A stretch of 35,450 nucleotides of DNA, from IMG/VR virus record IMGVR_UViG_3300038492_000686, positions 1 to 35,450 of that record, one strand, 5' to 3'. Positions 16,227-26,093 of this stretch are shown here, in pieces. How positions within the stretch are numbered: position 1 is the stretch's first letter; each line of letters begins with the position of its first letter. A model generated the notes under the pieces. It saw nothing but the letters and a program-made list of their open reading frames with translations, did not search any database and was not told the origin of the DNA. The position numbers and the translations under genes are program-made. This DNA comes from a virus (Duplodnaviria > Caudoviricetes).

Positions 16227-17301
16227 ATATGAAGTAACATCTTTAGTTAAATCTGATATTGAAGGGGTGGTTGGAAGACCTCTTTTTTATGAGGATGATT
16301 CAAAGTTTTATATTAATGATCCCGATCACCAAAACAGCTTTCAGTATTTTGATTCTCAAGGCGAGACAGTTACATCTAATCTTGATACCGTTTGCAACCA
16401 ATTGTATTCAAGTGATTTTTTGGCAAACTCAACTAAGCATACCTATGCTGAAGTTCAAAGTGTTGAGATGTCTGAGAAGACCTCGGGAGGCAGGTCTCTT
16501 CTTGCTATTAAGAAGGCTGATGGAATTTCGTTTAGCAGGGTATCTCATGATTTTACTAATAGAACCACGTGGTATACCCAGGCAAAGCAAATACTCGATG
16601 AAACTTTAGTTGGATCAGGTTTAGGGCCCTATTCTTCATCTAAGCCAAATTGGATCGATGTCACTAGTGGAAATATCTTTCAAGAATATAATTTAACGTC
16701 ATATATTCCTCAGATAAAAGTTGCTGGAGTTTTAAAGGTTCTTGGCGTTGATTACACAGTAGATTATGCAACCGGTGCTATTACTTTTGTTGCCATACAA
16801 ACTGGAGTAGTTACTGCTAGTTATTTTTATGAAGATGGAGCTGATTATATACTTGAGCCTGATCCGGGAAAGATTCTTGGATTAGAGCATTCAGAAATTC
16901 AGTTTTCAAAAGATGTTCAGATGCTTGGCGCAGTTAATTTTGAGATATGGGTTTATAATCCGTTATTTAATTCTTCGCAGAAAATAGTACCGGAAGATCC
17001 GTCTTGGTATCCTGGAAAGCCTTCTGAGCCATCAAGGAATCAGCTAAGATTTATGTATAAATTTGAAAAATACAAGAACATTAAAGACGTAATAAACTCT
17101 GCAAACCTTGGACAGGGGTTTATACCTAAGTGTGCAGGCCTTAATAATGATGTTTTAGTTTTTCCTTTTAATTATGTAACTGAAATAAAGCTTCTCTCCT
17201 CTCAAGGTGGTCAGCTTCGCATAACACTTGAAGATGACACGGCTTTTACTGGCGAGTGGGCGACAGTTACTTTTTATTGCACATCAGAGGACGATGTATG
17301 A
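16219..17301 (+). CDS. Putative virion structural protein
   Basis: GVDYTVDYATGAITF...VTASYFY motif typical of tail/baseplate-associated domains. Confidence 0.55.
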   Translation: MYRYEVTSLVKSDIEGVVGRPLFYEDDSKFYINDPDHQNSFQYFDSQGETVTSNLDTVCNQLYSSDFLANSTKHTYAEVQSVEMSEKTSGGRSLLAIKKADGISFSRVSHDFTNRTTWYTQAKQILDETLVGSGLGPYSSSKPNWIDVTSGNIFQEYNLTSYIPQIKVAGVLKVLGVDYTVDYATGAITFVAIQTGVVTASYFYEDGADYILEPDPGKILGLEHSEIQFSKDVQMLGAVNFEIWVYNPLFNSSQKIVPEDPSWYPGKPSEPSRNQLRFMYKFEKYKNIKDVINSANLGQGFIPKCAGLNNDVLVFPFNYVTEIKLLSSQGGQLRITLEDDTAFTGEWATVTFYCTSEDDV

Positions 17302-17534
17302 ATCTAAAGAAGGCCACAGTCTATTTTATTATATTAACTCTTATCGTTATCGCCGTTTGGGATGCTTATGTTATTATTGAGCAGGGAACTGAAGCATCAA
17401 TAAGTCATACCTTGGTTGTGTGGTCTTATGAATATCCTGCAGTTACATTTTTAATGGGTTTTACTATGGGTCACTTGTTTTGGAGAATGAGGGACACAAA
17501 AGAGACTAAACGCCTTACTAGAGGGGATGAGTAA
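17298..17534 (+). CDS. Two-helix membrane protein, holin candidate
   Basis: Two hydrophobic segments, GHLFW motif, charged C-terminus; GAGGA SD favours ATG 17298. Confidence 0.6.
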   Translation: MNLKKATVYFIILTLIVIAVWDAYVIIEQGTEASISHTLVVWSYEYPAVTFLMGFTMGHLFWRMRDTKETKRLTRGDE

Positions 17535-18241
17535 TGGCTATTTTCCCTAACCTAGAGTTAGAAGATGTGGTTCAGGTGGGCGACAAGACTCGCCTGAACT
17601 CCACTAAAACGTTCGCCTCAAAAGACGAGGCCTCTATTACTCTTGTGGAGATTGAGCCAGAGTCCGGCAACGGATTCATTGATGTTACCGGCTCTGGCCC
17701 AAGAGATTACTTTTTGGACTGGGAATACTCAGGGATATCGAGAACCGTCACCGTGAGTGTTCGGGTGACCACGGATGGTCTTCCAGTCACTACAACTAAA
17801 ACTATCGAGGTCCTAACGGCTTCAGACGATGGTTTATATTCTGACGACCAGGATCTCATTTCCCTAGAGTCTGATATATTAAAATGGGTTAGGGAAGGCC
17901 GTAATTCCTTTCTAGACTTTCATCGGAAAGCTCAGTTTTTGATTTTGGATTTCTTAAATGATATAGGAGTTCGCGACGTTGACAGTAAAAGGATTACGAA
18001 GGACGATATTGTTGATGTTTTAGAGGTTAGAAAGTGGTCAAAATATAAGACTTTAGCCTTGATCTTTGAGGATATTTCAAATGCAACTGACGATGTTTTT
18101 GCTGAAAAGCGGCGCTTTTATGATTCTCTTGCTAAGTCAGCTTTTAATAAGTCTGTTCTTCGCCTTGATCTTAATAACGATGGGGTCGTGGAGGATTCTG
18201 AGGGAGTTTCTATCTACACTGGGTTTTTAAGTAGGCTATGA
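17534..18241 (+). CDS. Head-tail adaptor with N-terminal Ig/PKD-like domain
   Basis: VQVGDKTRLNSTKT...TVSVRVT...TTKTIEV PKD-like pattern; helical C-terminal half ending LDLNNDG; position before tail genes. Confidence 0.65.
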   Translation: MAIFPNLELEDVVQVGDKTRLNSTKTFASKDEASITLVEIEPESGNGFIDVTGSGPRDYFLDWEYSGISRTVTVSVRVTTDGLPVTTTKTIEVLTASDDGLYSDDQDLISLESDILKWVREGRNSFLDFHRKAQFLILDFLNDIGVRDVDSKRITKDDIVDVLEVRKWSKYKTLALIFEDISNATDDVFAEKRRFYDSLAKSAFNKSVLRLDLNNDGVVEDSEGVSIYTGFLSRL

Positions 18242-18657
18242 GTTTATCTCAGGTAAGGTCCTTATTCAGAACTCGCCTTGACGGCTTAGGTTACAGAGAG
18301 TGGCCAGATGGGTTTAATTTTGAAAATATACCTGATACTATTTTAGATAGAAGCTACCATATAGAGACAGGTCTCATTTCTGGTACCTCTGCAAATCAGA
18401 CTGTTCATAACTTTAGTTATTCAATCTCATTGAGGGTGTTTTTAAAGGGCTATAGAGATCCTGCTGCTGCTATAGATGATGCTGTTAGTCAGGCGGAGAC
18501 TATACTAGCTGATATACTTAGCCCGTCAGTTCGGCTTAGCACTACCATAAAGGACATAGTTCCTGATACAATTACAGTTGAGCCTTTTGATATTAGCAAT
18601 GACAATGACGTCATATTAAAAATGGATTTTACAGCAGACATTAAGTGTCTGTTTTAA
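18238..18657 (+). CDS. Tail terminator/completion protein
   Basis: 139 aa, directly upstream of tail tube gene. Confidence 0.6.
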   Translation: MSLSQVRSLFRTRLDGLGYREWPDGFNFENIPDTILDRSYHIETGLISGTSANQTVHNFSYSISLRVFLKGYRDPAAAIDDAVSQAETILADILSPSVRLSTTIKDIVPDTITVEPFDISNDNDVILKMDFTADIKCLF

Positions 18658-18672
18658 CATGGAGGATTTATT

Positions 18673-19581
18673 ATGGCAGGGAGTGGAGTAGACAATATTG
18701 TCAATTCTCCGGTTAATGTTTTCTGGAGAATTGAAACAGCTGAGTGCTTAGATCTTAATGGCATTGTTGCCGCCGATCTAGATGGCACTTATTTAACTAT
18801 TAATTCAGCAAAAGATGCCACTGAATATTACATTTGGTTTGATCTTGATGCTGGTTCAACTGATCCAGCTCCTGCTGGCAAAACTGCTATTGAAGTAGAT
18901 GTAACTACTGGTCAGGCAGCTTCTGCAGTGGCTACTGCGATTGCTGCAGCGGTGGATGCTCTTGGTGATTTTTCAGCATCTGCAACTGGTACTCAGGTTG
19001 ACATCGAAAGAACAGCTGTTGGTCAAACCACAGATACTGCTGATGTTGATTCTGGCATTGCAGTCTTTGTAAGAAGAAAAGGTAAGGACTATGACTTAGG
19101 ACTTCTTCAAGGTGAAGTTCCTGCAGTGTTTGCGCCATCTTTGCTGGATATTACTACACATCAAAACGGTGTAACTGTTGTTTCTTCTGTTCTTCAGGGT
19201 TTTGAGTCCAACGAAGCGTCTATGACCCTTCAAGAGACTACTTTAAGCAAGCTTAAAGAGCTTTATGGAATCTATGGTTCTCGCAGTTTTACTCCTGCAT
19301 CTGGAACTGAGGTTGCTGGTGCTGGAACAGGTCAGGTTGGAAAAAATATGTTAGTTGAGGCGGCTCGTCTAGAGTTCATCCCTACTAATATTATCAACAG
19401 TGATTTAAGCTATCAGTACACAATTCCTTTGGCTCTTCCCGTGCCTAATACTCTTACCTTCTCTGGTGAGGCGGTTAGAGTTTTAGAAAGTACTTGGAGA
19501 GGATATCCTGACTTGACTGCAGCAAATCAAGATCTAAACTCAGTAATTCTAGGTGATAGCTCACAAACTGGAATTCTGTAA
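18673..19581 (+). CDS. Major tail tube protein
   Basis: GGAGG SD; position before chaperone and tape measure; DLGLLQGEV, MTLQETT motifs. Confidence 0.8.
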   Translation: MAGSGVDNIVNSPVNVFWRIETAECLDLNGIVAADLDGTYLTINSAKDATEYYIWFDLDAGSTDPAPAGKTAIEVDVTTGQAASAVATAIAAAVDALGDFSASATGTQVDIERTAVGQTTDTADVDSGIAVFVRRKGKDYDLGLLQGEVPAVFAPSLLDITTHQNGVTVVSSVLQGFESNEASMTLQETTLSKLKELYGIYGSRSFTPASGTEVAGAGTGQVGKNMLVEAARLEFIPTNIINSDLSYQYTIPLALPVPNTLTFSGEAVRVLESTWRGYPDLTAANQDLNSVILGDSSQTGIL

Positions 19582-19590
19582 GGAGATTTT

Positions 19591-19845
19591 ATGCAGATTG
19601 ATTTAGGTGATGTTCCTAAAGCAAGTGTTAAATTGGGGGCTGACTCATATGAAGTCAGCCTTCCTACTGTAAAGCAGGCTCAAATTTTTAGAGCTAAAAT
19701 GGAAGAGGATGGGGTTGATGAGCTTGATGCTTTCAGCGAATTCATGGGGGACCTAGGTTTTCCAAAAGAAGTTTGCGAGAAACTAACAGTTCATCAACTC
19801 ACTAGGCTTGCTGAAGGCTTAATGGGTGACCCCGGAAAAAAGTAG
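19591..19845 (+). CDS. Tail assembly chaperone (lambda gpG equivalent)
   Basis: AAGGAG SD; ends in slippery A AAA AAG directly before TAG. Confidence 0.85.
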   Translation: MQIDLGDVPKASVKLGADSYEVSLPTVKQAQIFRAKMEEDGVDELDAFSEFMGDLGFPKEVCEKLTVHQLTRLAEGLMGDPGKK

Positions 19846-20147
19846 AAGAGTGGGAATACGCTAAGGCGCGTGTTGCTAGGTTCTACGGATGGACTGACAG
19901 GGAAATAAGTAGCATGGACGCTAAGACTTTTGAGAAATACTGCAATTGTATTCCTTCAATAGAGGCTCATGAAACTCTCTTGAATGTTAATGCCTCCATG
20001 TATCCTCACATGAAAGATGGTCCTCGCAAAAAGCTTCACTCTGACTTAAGTGGTGAGGTTAAAAAAGTAATAAAGAAAAAACAGAAGCTGGCTACGTTTG
20101 GTGAAGTTATTAACTTTGCCAGAAAGATGAGTGGCGATGGCAGATGA
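19836..20147 (+). CDS. Tail assembly chaperone -1 frameshift extension (gpGT equivalent)
   Basis: -1 frame is open from 19836: KKVEEWEYAKARVARFYGWTDREISSMDAKTF..., continuous with track ORF 19914-20147. Confidence 0.85.
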   Translation, partial: KKVEEWEYAKARVARFYGWTDREISSMDAKTFEKYCNCIPSIEAHETLLNVNASMYPHMKDGPRKKLHSDLSGEVKKVIKKKQKLATFGEVINFARKMSGDGR

Positions 20148-21861
20148 TCGCTTAGAAGTTGAGATAGTATTAGATGATGGTTCCATTCAGAAAGGTTTTG
20201 CAAACCTTAAGTCTGAAGGGAAAAAAGCTGGGTCTCAGCTTGGAAAGTCTTTCGCTTCAGTTGCTACTAGTTTTGCAAAGATAGGTGCAGTAGCTGGAGT
20301 TGCGGCAACTGCCATTGCTGGTGTTTTTGGTGTTAAAGCAATTAGAGCAGCAGCTCAACAGGAAGTAGCTGTAAATAAATTAAACACCGCCCTTAGATTG
20401 GCCGGTGAATTTAGTAATGAAGCTAGCCGTGGAATTCAGGACTTTGCCTCTGAACTTCAAGCTGCAACAACCATAGGTGATGAAACTACATTAGAGCTAT
20501 TTTCTCTTGCTAGAACATTTACAAAAAGCAATGAAGAGGCGCAAAAACTAACTAAAGCTGCAGTAGAGCTATCTGCAGCAACAGGATTAACTCTTGATGG
20601 TTCTGTTAAGAACTTAGGTAAAACTTTTGCAGGACTTACTGGCGAGCTGGGAGAGAGCCTCCCTGCTCTTAGAAATTTAAGTGCTGAATCATTAAAATCA
20701 GGTAAAGCATTAGACTTTGTTCTTGAAAGATTTGGTGGCGCAGCAGCAGCTCAGGTTAATACTTTTGAAGGGTCTATATCTCAACTTAGTAATGTATTTG
20801 GTGATTTCTTAGAGAAGATTGGCGGATTTGTAACTGGATCCCCAGAGTTTATTGCTTTAATAAAAACTATTTCTCAAACAATATCAGGATTTAGTAAAAG
20901 TATATCTAGCATTGATGATGGATCTGATCCTTTTAAGGGTTTGATTGAAGGTGCTATTGAGTTTGGTTTAATAGTAAACAAGTTTCTAGTTGCTCCAGTT
21001 GAGCTTGCAGTAAATGTTATATCTTTTGCTTTCGATCAAATAGTAACTAACATTAACGCAGGGATTACTTCCTTAGCTTCAACTGGTGCAAAGCTTGTTT
21101 CATTCTTTGCGCCCGACTCAGATCTTGCTCAGGGGCTTAAAACTTTTGCAGAGAGTTCAAAGTCAGTTTTTGACGAATCAGCAGCAGCATCCCAGGCTTC
21201 TTTAGAGGGTATATTTAACTTTGATCAGACTGCCGGTGTTGAGTCATTCTTGGAGCAGTTCAGAACTAACTTTGAAACCATTAGGGGAGAGGTAGAGGCT
21301 CAGAGTAAAACTTTGGGAGAGAGCGTAAAGGGTGGCCTAAAAGAAACTCAAGAAGAGGTAAAGAAAGCTACTTTTGATATTGGAACAAGGCTTGGTAATG
21401 GGATATCATCTGCAGTTCAAAGTACTGTTAAGGCTCTTCAAAATGGAGAGAATGCTTTTGCAGCTTTTGGAAAGGCAGTTCTTGGTGTTTTTGGAGACCT
21501 TGCCATTCAATTGGGACAGTTTTTTATTATTCAAGGTATTGCAGTTGAGGCGCTTAAATCCCTTGGTGGTGCAGCAGCAGTTGCAGCAGGTATTGCATTA
21601 GTTGCCCTGGGAACTCTTTTAAAAGGGTTGTCAGGGGGAGAGGGCGGAGTTGGTGGTGGATCCTCGGCAACGCCGGGTTCAGTTGGCGCTCCTAATGATA
21701 GCGCAGGTCCTGGGGTTCAGCCTGATGAAGAGGTTGAAAGGTCAACAGCAGTTACCGTTAATGTTGAAGGCACTGTGCTTGATCCAATTGGTGTTGGAAC
21801 TCAAATTGCTAATCTTCTCGACGAAGTAACTGACTCTAACGATATTACGGTGAATGCATAA
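20131..21861 (+). CDS. Tail tape measure protein
   Basis: Ala/Gly/Phe-rich helical protein after chaperone; LEVEIVLDD N-terminus, VTVNVEG C-terminus; start 20131 or 20137. Confidence 0.92.
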   Translation: MAMADDRLEVEIVLDDGSIQKGFANLKSEGKKAGSQLGKSFASVATSFAKIGAVAGVAATAIAGVFGVKAIRAAAQQEVAVNKLNTALRLAGEFSNEASRGIQDFASELQAATTIGDETTLELFSLARTFTKSNEEAQKLTKAAVELSAATGLTLDGSVKNLGKTFAGLTGELGESLPALRNLSAESLKSGKALDFVLERFGGAAAAQVNTFEGSISQLSNVFGDFLEKIGGFVTGSPEFIALIKTISQTISGFSKSISSIDDGSDPFKGLIEGAIEFGLIVNKFLVAPVELAVNVISFAFDQIVTNINAGITSLASTGAKLVSFFAPDSDLAQGLKTFAESSKSVFDESAAASQASLEGIFNFDQTAGVESFLEQFRTNFETIRGEVEAQSKTLGESVKGGLKETQEEVKKATFDIGTRLGNGISSAVQSTVKALQNGENAFAAFGKAVLGVFGDLAIQLGQFFIIQGIAVEALKSLGGAAAVAAGIALVALGTLLKGLSGGEGGVGGGSSATPGSVGAPNDSAGPGVQPDEEVERSTAVTVNVEGTVLDPIGVGTQIANLLDEVTDSNDITVNA

Positions 21862-22637
21862 TGGCTTTATCAAACTATAGTGTTTTTTATTTTGGAACAA
21901 AGATAACTAGTCTTAATCAAAATTTAAACTTTGATGAGGGTGGAGGCGAGCTTACTGCACAGATTGAGCCAGGGACTTATTCTTTGACTGACTTCATGCT
22001 TGCCATAAAAACTGCCATGGATGCAGCCTCTACTATCCCTCAGGAATACACAGTTGTTTTTGATAGAACCACACGTCAAATTACTATTTCTTCTGATGCA
22101 AATTTTGACCTATTGGTTGGAACAGGTTCACAAATAGGTACATCTCCTTTTCCTTTGATGGGTTTTTCAGGAGCAGATCTAACTGGTAATTTAACTTATT
22201 CTGGAAACTCAGGTGCCGGTTCTGAGTACATTACTCAATTTCCCCTCCAAGATTACACAGAGTCTCAAGATAATCAGCAAAGAATTGACCCATCTGTAAA
22301 CGAATCTGCAAGTGGAGTTATTGAGATTGTTTCATTTGGAGTTAGAAAGATATTTGAAATGAGCTTTAAATTCATTACTGATATTCCTCAGCCTTGCTTT
22401 CCTCATCGCAGCAATCCAAATGGAAGAGCTGACGCCAGGGCTTTTTTTGAGTTCATTACTGAGAGAGGGCCTATAGAGTTTATGCCCAATGTAATCGATA
22501 GAAATACTTTTTTTAAAGTTATACTAGAATCGACTCCTCAGGACCGTAGGGGCACCGCGTTTAAGCTTAATGAGCTTGTGGGGCAAGGTTTGCCTGGCTA
22601 CTATGAGATCAATAACATCAAGATGCGCGAGGTTTAA
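21861..22637 (+). CDS. Distal tail protein-like
   Basis: Directly after tape measure; VNESASGVIEIVSFG...FEMSFKFI pattern. Confidence 0.65.
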   Translation: MALSNYSVFYFGTKITSLNQNLNFDEGGGELTAQIEPGTYSLTDFMLAIKTAMDAASTIPQEYTVVFDRTTRQITISSDANFDLLVGTGSQIGTSPFPLMGFSGADLTGNLTYSGNSGAGSEYITQFPLQDYTESQDNQQRIDPSVNESASGVIEIVSFGVRKIFEMSFKFITDIPQPCFPHRSNPNGRADARAFFEFITERGPIEFMPNVIDRNTFFKVILESTPQDRRGTAFKLNELVGQGLPGYYEINNIKMREV

Positions 22638-25319
22638 ATGAGTGTAAGTGATGGACAGCCGGTAAATGCGGCAGTAACTAACGCTGCTTTTATTTCTAGA
22701 ACTACAGACAGTAACACTGTTGCACAAGTTGATTTGCAAAGACCCGCAAGCGGTGCTGACGTAATTGATGTCCAACAGACTATTAATGATGAAAAGGCAA
22801 AGGTTAGTCAGAATCAGGCAGATATTGCTCAGAATCAAGCAGACATAGCATCTAACTCCTCTGCTATTACTACTTTAGATAATGAAAAAATAGATAAAGT
22901 AAACCCGTCCACTGATGAATCTGTTCCTAGACATGACGGGGCATCAGGAGACTTACAAGACTCAGGAGTATTGATAGATGATTCCAACAATGTCACGATC
23001 CCGGGAAATCTTACAGTTAACGGAACAACTACGACCCTCAACACCCAAACAGTGGATTCTGAAGACGCGAATATTACTGTTAACAAAAACGGCAATCAGG
23101 CTACGGCAGATAGCGAAGTCTCTGGCATCACAGTCGAAATGTCTGATGCAACAGATGCTCGATTCGGGTATGATTCAACTCTCTCCTCAAGATTCAAGGC
23201 GGGTGAAGTCGGTTCGGAAAGCGAAATCATCACGTCGGCAGCAACGCAAGTCCTCACAAGTAAAGATTACGACGGCGGCACAGCCTCGGACACGTCAAGG
23301 ATCACGCTCCCAAGCGACACGAAAGCAAACCTCGACGCGCTCACGCGCAAAGAAGGTACGTTAGTTTATGCAACTGATGATGACTTAGTTTATTATGATG
23401 ATGGCACAACCTTAATAGCAGTTGGTTCTGGGGCTGGTGGATCGGGCTCTGGAAGGATTAACTTCTTAGACGAAGATGTTTCCACGTTTGAAACTGGGGA
23501 TGGGTCGGTTCTTTTTAATGACTCTCCCTCTTATGTTGATGGTCAGGGTGGAACTTTGACTGGTAACCTATCAAAGAACTTAACTACTGGCGCAAACATT
23601 GTAGGCGCTCAATCTTTACAAATAGTTAAATCTCTTGGAGATGCGTCTGGAGACGGCGTTAGTTTAGACAGCAATACGATTGATTCAAATTTTAGAGGGC
23701 GAAGACAGTTTATTGAGTTTGAATATGACTTTGACAATCCACAATACACTTCTGGAGATTTTAGCGTAAAAGCATATGATCTTACCAACCTTCAAGAGCT
23801 TACTATAGTTGGAGATACCTCTATCCCTAGGAGCAAGGGTAGATTTTCAGGGGAAGTTCTAACGGATGAGTCAACTTTAAGTATAAGAATATCTCTTTAT
23901 TTAGAGACCGACAATTCTTCAGGAACTAATTATTTCGGAGTTATTGATAACGTTATTTTTACCATTGATCAGTCTGCCCCGTCTGCAATAGTAACTCCGA
24001 GGCAGTCTTATTCTCCTGTTTTTACTAACCTTACAGTGGGTAACGGGGTTGATGAGTTTTATTTCTGGAGAGAAGGTCAGCATCTAAGAATTCATGGAGC
24101 TTTTGATTTTGGATCAACCAGCTCTGTTACAGGAAACATTACGATGAGCATACCGTCTGGCCTTTTGATTGACGGATCTGTTGTTCCTGATCCTGATGGG
24201 TCGAATACCTTCTATATGGCTGGTTTTGCAATAGGGCAAGACGGGGGCGCGCCGGTCCATATGGGAGCAGTAAATATAATAGATCAAACCACGTTTAGAA
24301 TGGCGGGTGATGATGGAGCTCAATCATGGAATGCGACTACACCTTTTACTTGGGCTAACGGTGATAGATTTACCGTAGACGTTACCCTTCCCATAGAAGA
24401 CTGGGACTCTGGAACATTAATAAGCACTAGCGATCAACACCTTAAGACATCAAGAACTTCAGCAGTTACCACCGGACCACAGTCCTTTAGCACTGGTGTT
24501 ACCACAACAGTAGACTGGACCTCGGTTGATTTCGAGACTACTGGTGGATCATTTGACCTAGTCAACGATGAGTACGTTGCGGGAAGAAGGCAGAAGGTTT
24601 ATGCACATGCTCAAATAGCTCTAACTGGGATGGTTGGAGGTACTGGAGATGTACAGCTATTCTTTGAGGACCAAAACACTACAATAAGAGGATTTACTCG
24701 CAATGGAATATCAGCTAACACTGAAAGCTTTTCAGTTCAGGCAGTTCTTGATCTTTCTGAGGGGGACCGGATAAAAGTCAGGCTTAACCAGGCTAACGGA
24801 GGAAGCAGAAATATTTCGGCTAGTTCAGGGGTAAATTATTTTCAAATATTTGAAATACCTGACTTAAGTTCCTTCTCATTATTTTCAGAGCAGGAGGCTC
24901 TTGAAGCAGAGTTGGTAAATTTATATTCTGTTTCAGCTGCCGACACATGGGAAGACGTCACTGCAATGTCAATACCCCTGTCGCCCGGAAGATATAGAGT
25001 TAAGCATCATAGTTTTGTTCAAGCCTTCTCTTCTGGATCTACTACGGTTTATGGGCAGACTAGAATTGCCCTTACTAATGCGGGGGGGCTTGATGACACT
25101 ATGGGGTCAATATTCAGCCAGGTTACTGCAAATGATTTTGTTGGAGCTCAAGTGTCAGGCGAAACCATAATTACTATTGCGAGCCCTGACACACTAAAGC
25201 TACAGGCAAGGCGTGGGAATATTGCAAGCTCAGGAGTTAATATTCTTGGAACTACTGCAGTTAGCGCATCTGTAACTGATCCAGACGGAATAACTAAACT
25301 TATAGCGGAGAAGTTATGA
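22638..25319 (+). CDS. Tail fibre / receptor-binding protein
   Basis: 893 aa; N-terminal coiled coil (QNQADIA x2), fibre motifs GNLTVNGTTTTLN and RKEGTLVYATD, two C-terminal C1q-like domains. Confidence 0.8.
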   Translation: MSVSDGQPVNAAVTNAAFISRTTDSNTVAQVDLQRPASGADVIDVQQTINDEKAKVSQNQADIAQNQADIASNSSAITTLDNEKIDKVNPSTDESVPRHDGASGDLQDSGVLIDDSNNVTIPGNLTVNGTTTTLNTQTVDSEDANITVNKNGNQATADSEVSGITVEMSDATDARFGYDSTLSSRFKAGEVGSESEIITSAATQVLTSKDYDGGTASDTSRITLPSDTKANLDALTRKEGTLVYATDDDLVYYDDGTTLIAVGSGAGGSGSGRINFLDEDVSTFETGDGSVLFNDSPSYVDGQGGTLTGNLSKNLTTGANIVGAQSLQIVKSLGDASGDGVSLDSNTIDSNFRGRRQFIEFEYDFDNPQYTSGDFSVKAYDLTNLQELTIVGDTSIPRSKGRFSGEVLTDESTLSIRISLYLETDNSSGTNYFGVIDNVIFTIDQSAPSAIVTPRQSYSPVFTNLTVGNGVDEFYFWREGQHLRIHGAFDFGSTSSVTGNITMSIPSGLLIDGSVVPDPDGSNTFYMAGFAIGQDGGAPVHMGAVNIIDQTTFRMAGDDGAQSWNATTPFTWANGDRFTVDVTLPIEDWDSGTLISTSDQHLKTSRTSAVTTGPQSFSTGVTTTVDWTSVDFETTGGSFDLVNDEYVAGRRQKVYAHAQIALTGMVGGTGDVQLFFEDQNTTIRGFTRNGISANTESFSVQAVLDLSEGDRIKVRLNQANGGSRNISASSGVNYFQIFEIPDLSSFSLFSEQEALEAELVNLYSVSAADTWEDVTAMSIPLSPGRYRVKHHSFVQAFSSGSTTVYGQTRIALTNAGGLDDTMGSIFSQVTANDFVGAQVSGETIITIASPDTLKLQARRGNIASSGVNILGTTAVSASVTDPDGITKLIAEKL
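22809..22850 (+). repeat. 21-nt tandem duplication encoding heptad QNQADIA x2
   Basis: cagaatcaggcagatattgct / cagaatcaagcagacatagca. Confidence 0.8.
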
Positions 25320-25744
25320 AGAAAACCTGGTTAATTGATGATGGTGATTCTTTTAAGTCTATATCTACAAGAGGGTTTAGGCCTAAAAAAGCTATTGGAG
25401 AGGTTCCAAAAGACCCTATAACTGGAAGGTTAGAGCATCCCTCCTGGTTAGTAGTTGAGTCTGTTGAGGTTTCTGATGGGGTGTTCGAGGATAAAATATC
25501 TGTAGACCAGGTAAAAAAAGACTTAGTAATTTCTGACATAGAACAAAAGAAGTCTGAGAAAAAAGTAATAAGATCTACCGAGTTAAAGGCATACAGAAAA
25601 CTTAAAAAAAGAATAAAGCAACTAAACAAGTCTGACCTTAACTCTTCACAGGGAATTAAGGATGCTATTATGGATTTGGTTACTGCAATTAAAATCATAG
25701 AAGAAAAGCTTTGGAATATTAACGAAAACGAAGAGGATCAATAA
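25316..25744 (+). CDS. Hypothetical protein, possible fibre assembly chaperone
   Basis: ATGA overlap with fibre gene; Lys-rich helical C-terminus. Confidence 0.6.
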   Translation: MKKTWLIDDGDSFKSISTRGFRPKKAIGEVPKDPITGRLEHPSWLVVESVEVSDGVFEDKISVDQVKKDLVISDIEQKKSEKKVIRSTELKAYRKLKKRIKQLNKSDLNSSQGIKDAIMDLVTAIKIIEEKLWNINENEEDQ

Positions 25745-25926
25745 TGGAAAATAGTAAGCCAGCAATTCAATCTAAAACACTGTGGGCTAACCTTATTATG
25801 GCAGCACTAGCCTTTTGGGTTCCTGCTGACATGATGGGTGAAGAAGTTAAGGTTCTTATCATCAGCGGTGTAAACCTTGCTCTTAGATATTTCTTTACAG
25901 ATAAGAAAATTGAAGGGGTCGTTTAA
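25744..25926 (+). CDS. Holin-like two-helix membrane protein
   Basis: SKTLWANL...NLALRYFFT pattern; two hydrophobic segments. Confidence 0.65.
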   Translation: MENSKPAIQSKTLWANLIMAALAFWVPADMMGEEVKVLIISGVNLALRYFFTDKKIEGVV

Positions 25927-26093
25927 TGAAAGACGTTATTTTTTCTAAAGACTATCTTTATGGTGTCTGGAAAAGCGCAGTTTTGCCTTTGGTCAAGGCT
26001 AAGGTAGAAGAAACTGAGAACGAGCTTGATGATGGAATTGTTTTGGCCATGGAAAAATTTATGGATGTGGTTCTCAAGCCAAAAGAGAAATAA
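25926..26093 (+). CDS. Small hypothetical protein, 55 aa (not in ORF track)
   Basis: TAATG overlap; MKDVIFSKDYLYGVWKSAVLPLVKAKVEETENELDDGIVLAMEKFMDVVLKPKEK; stop abuts next ATG. Confidence 0.75.
   Translation: MKDVIFSKDYLYGVWKSAVLPLVKAKVEETENELDDGIVLAMEKFMDVVLKPKEK

Noticed and set aside
22978-23364. 128-aa overlapping ORF inside the fibre gene
   Set aside because: Explained by local high GC and codon bias; no clear SD or recognisable motif
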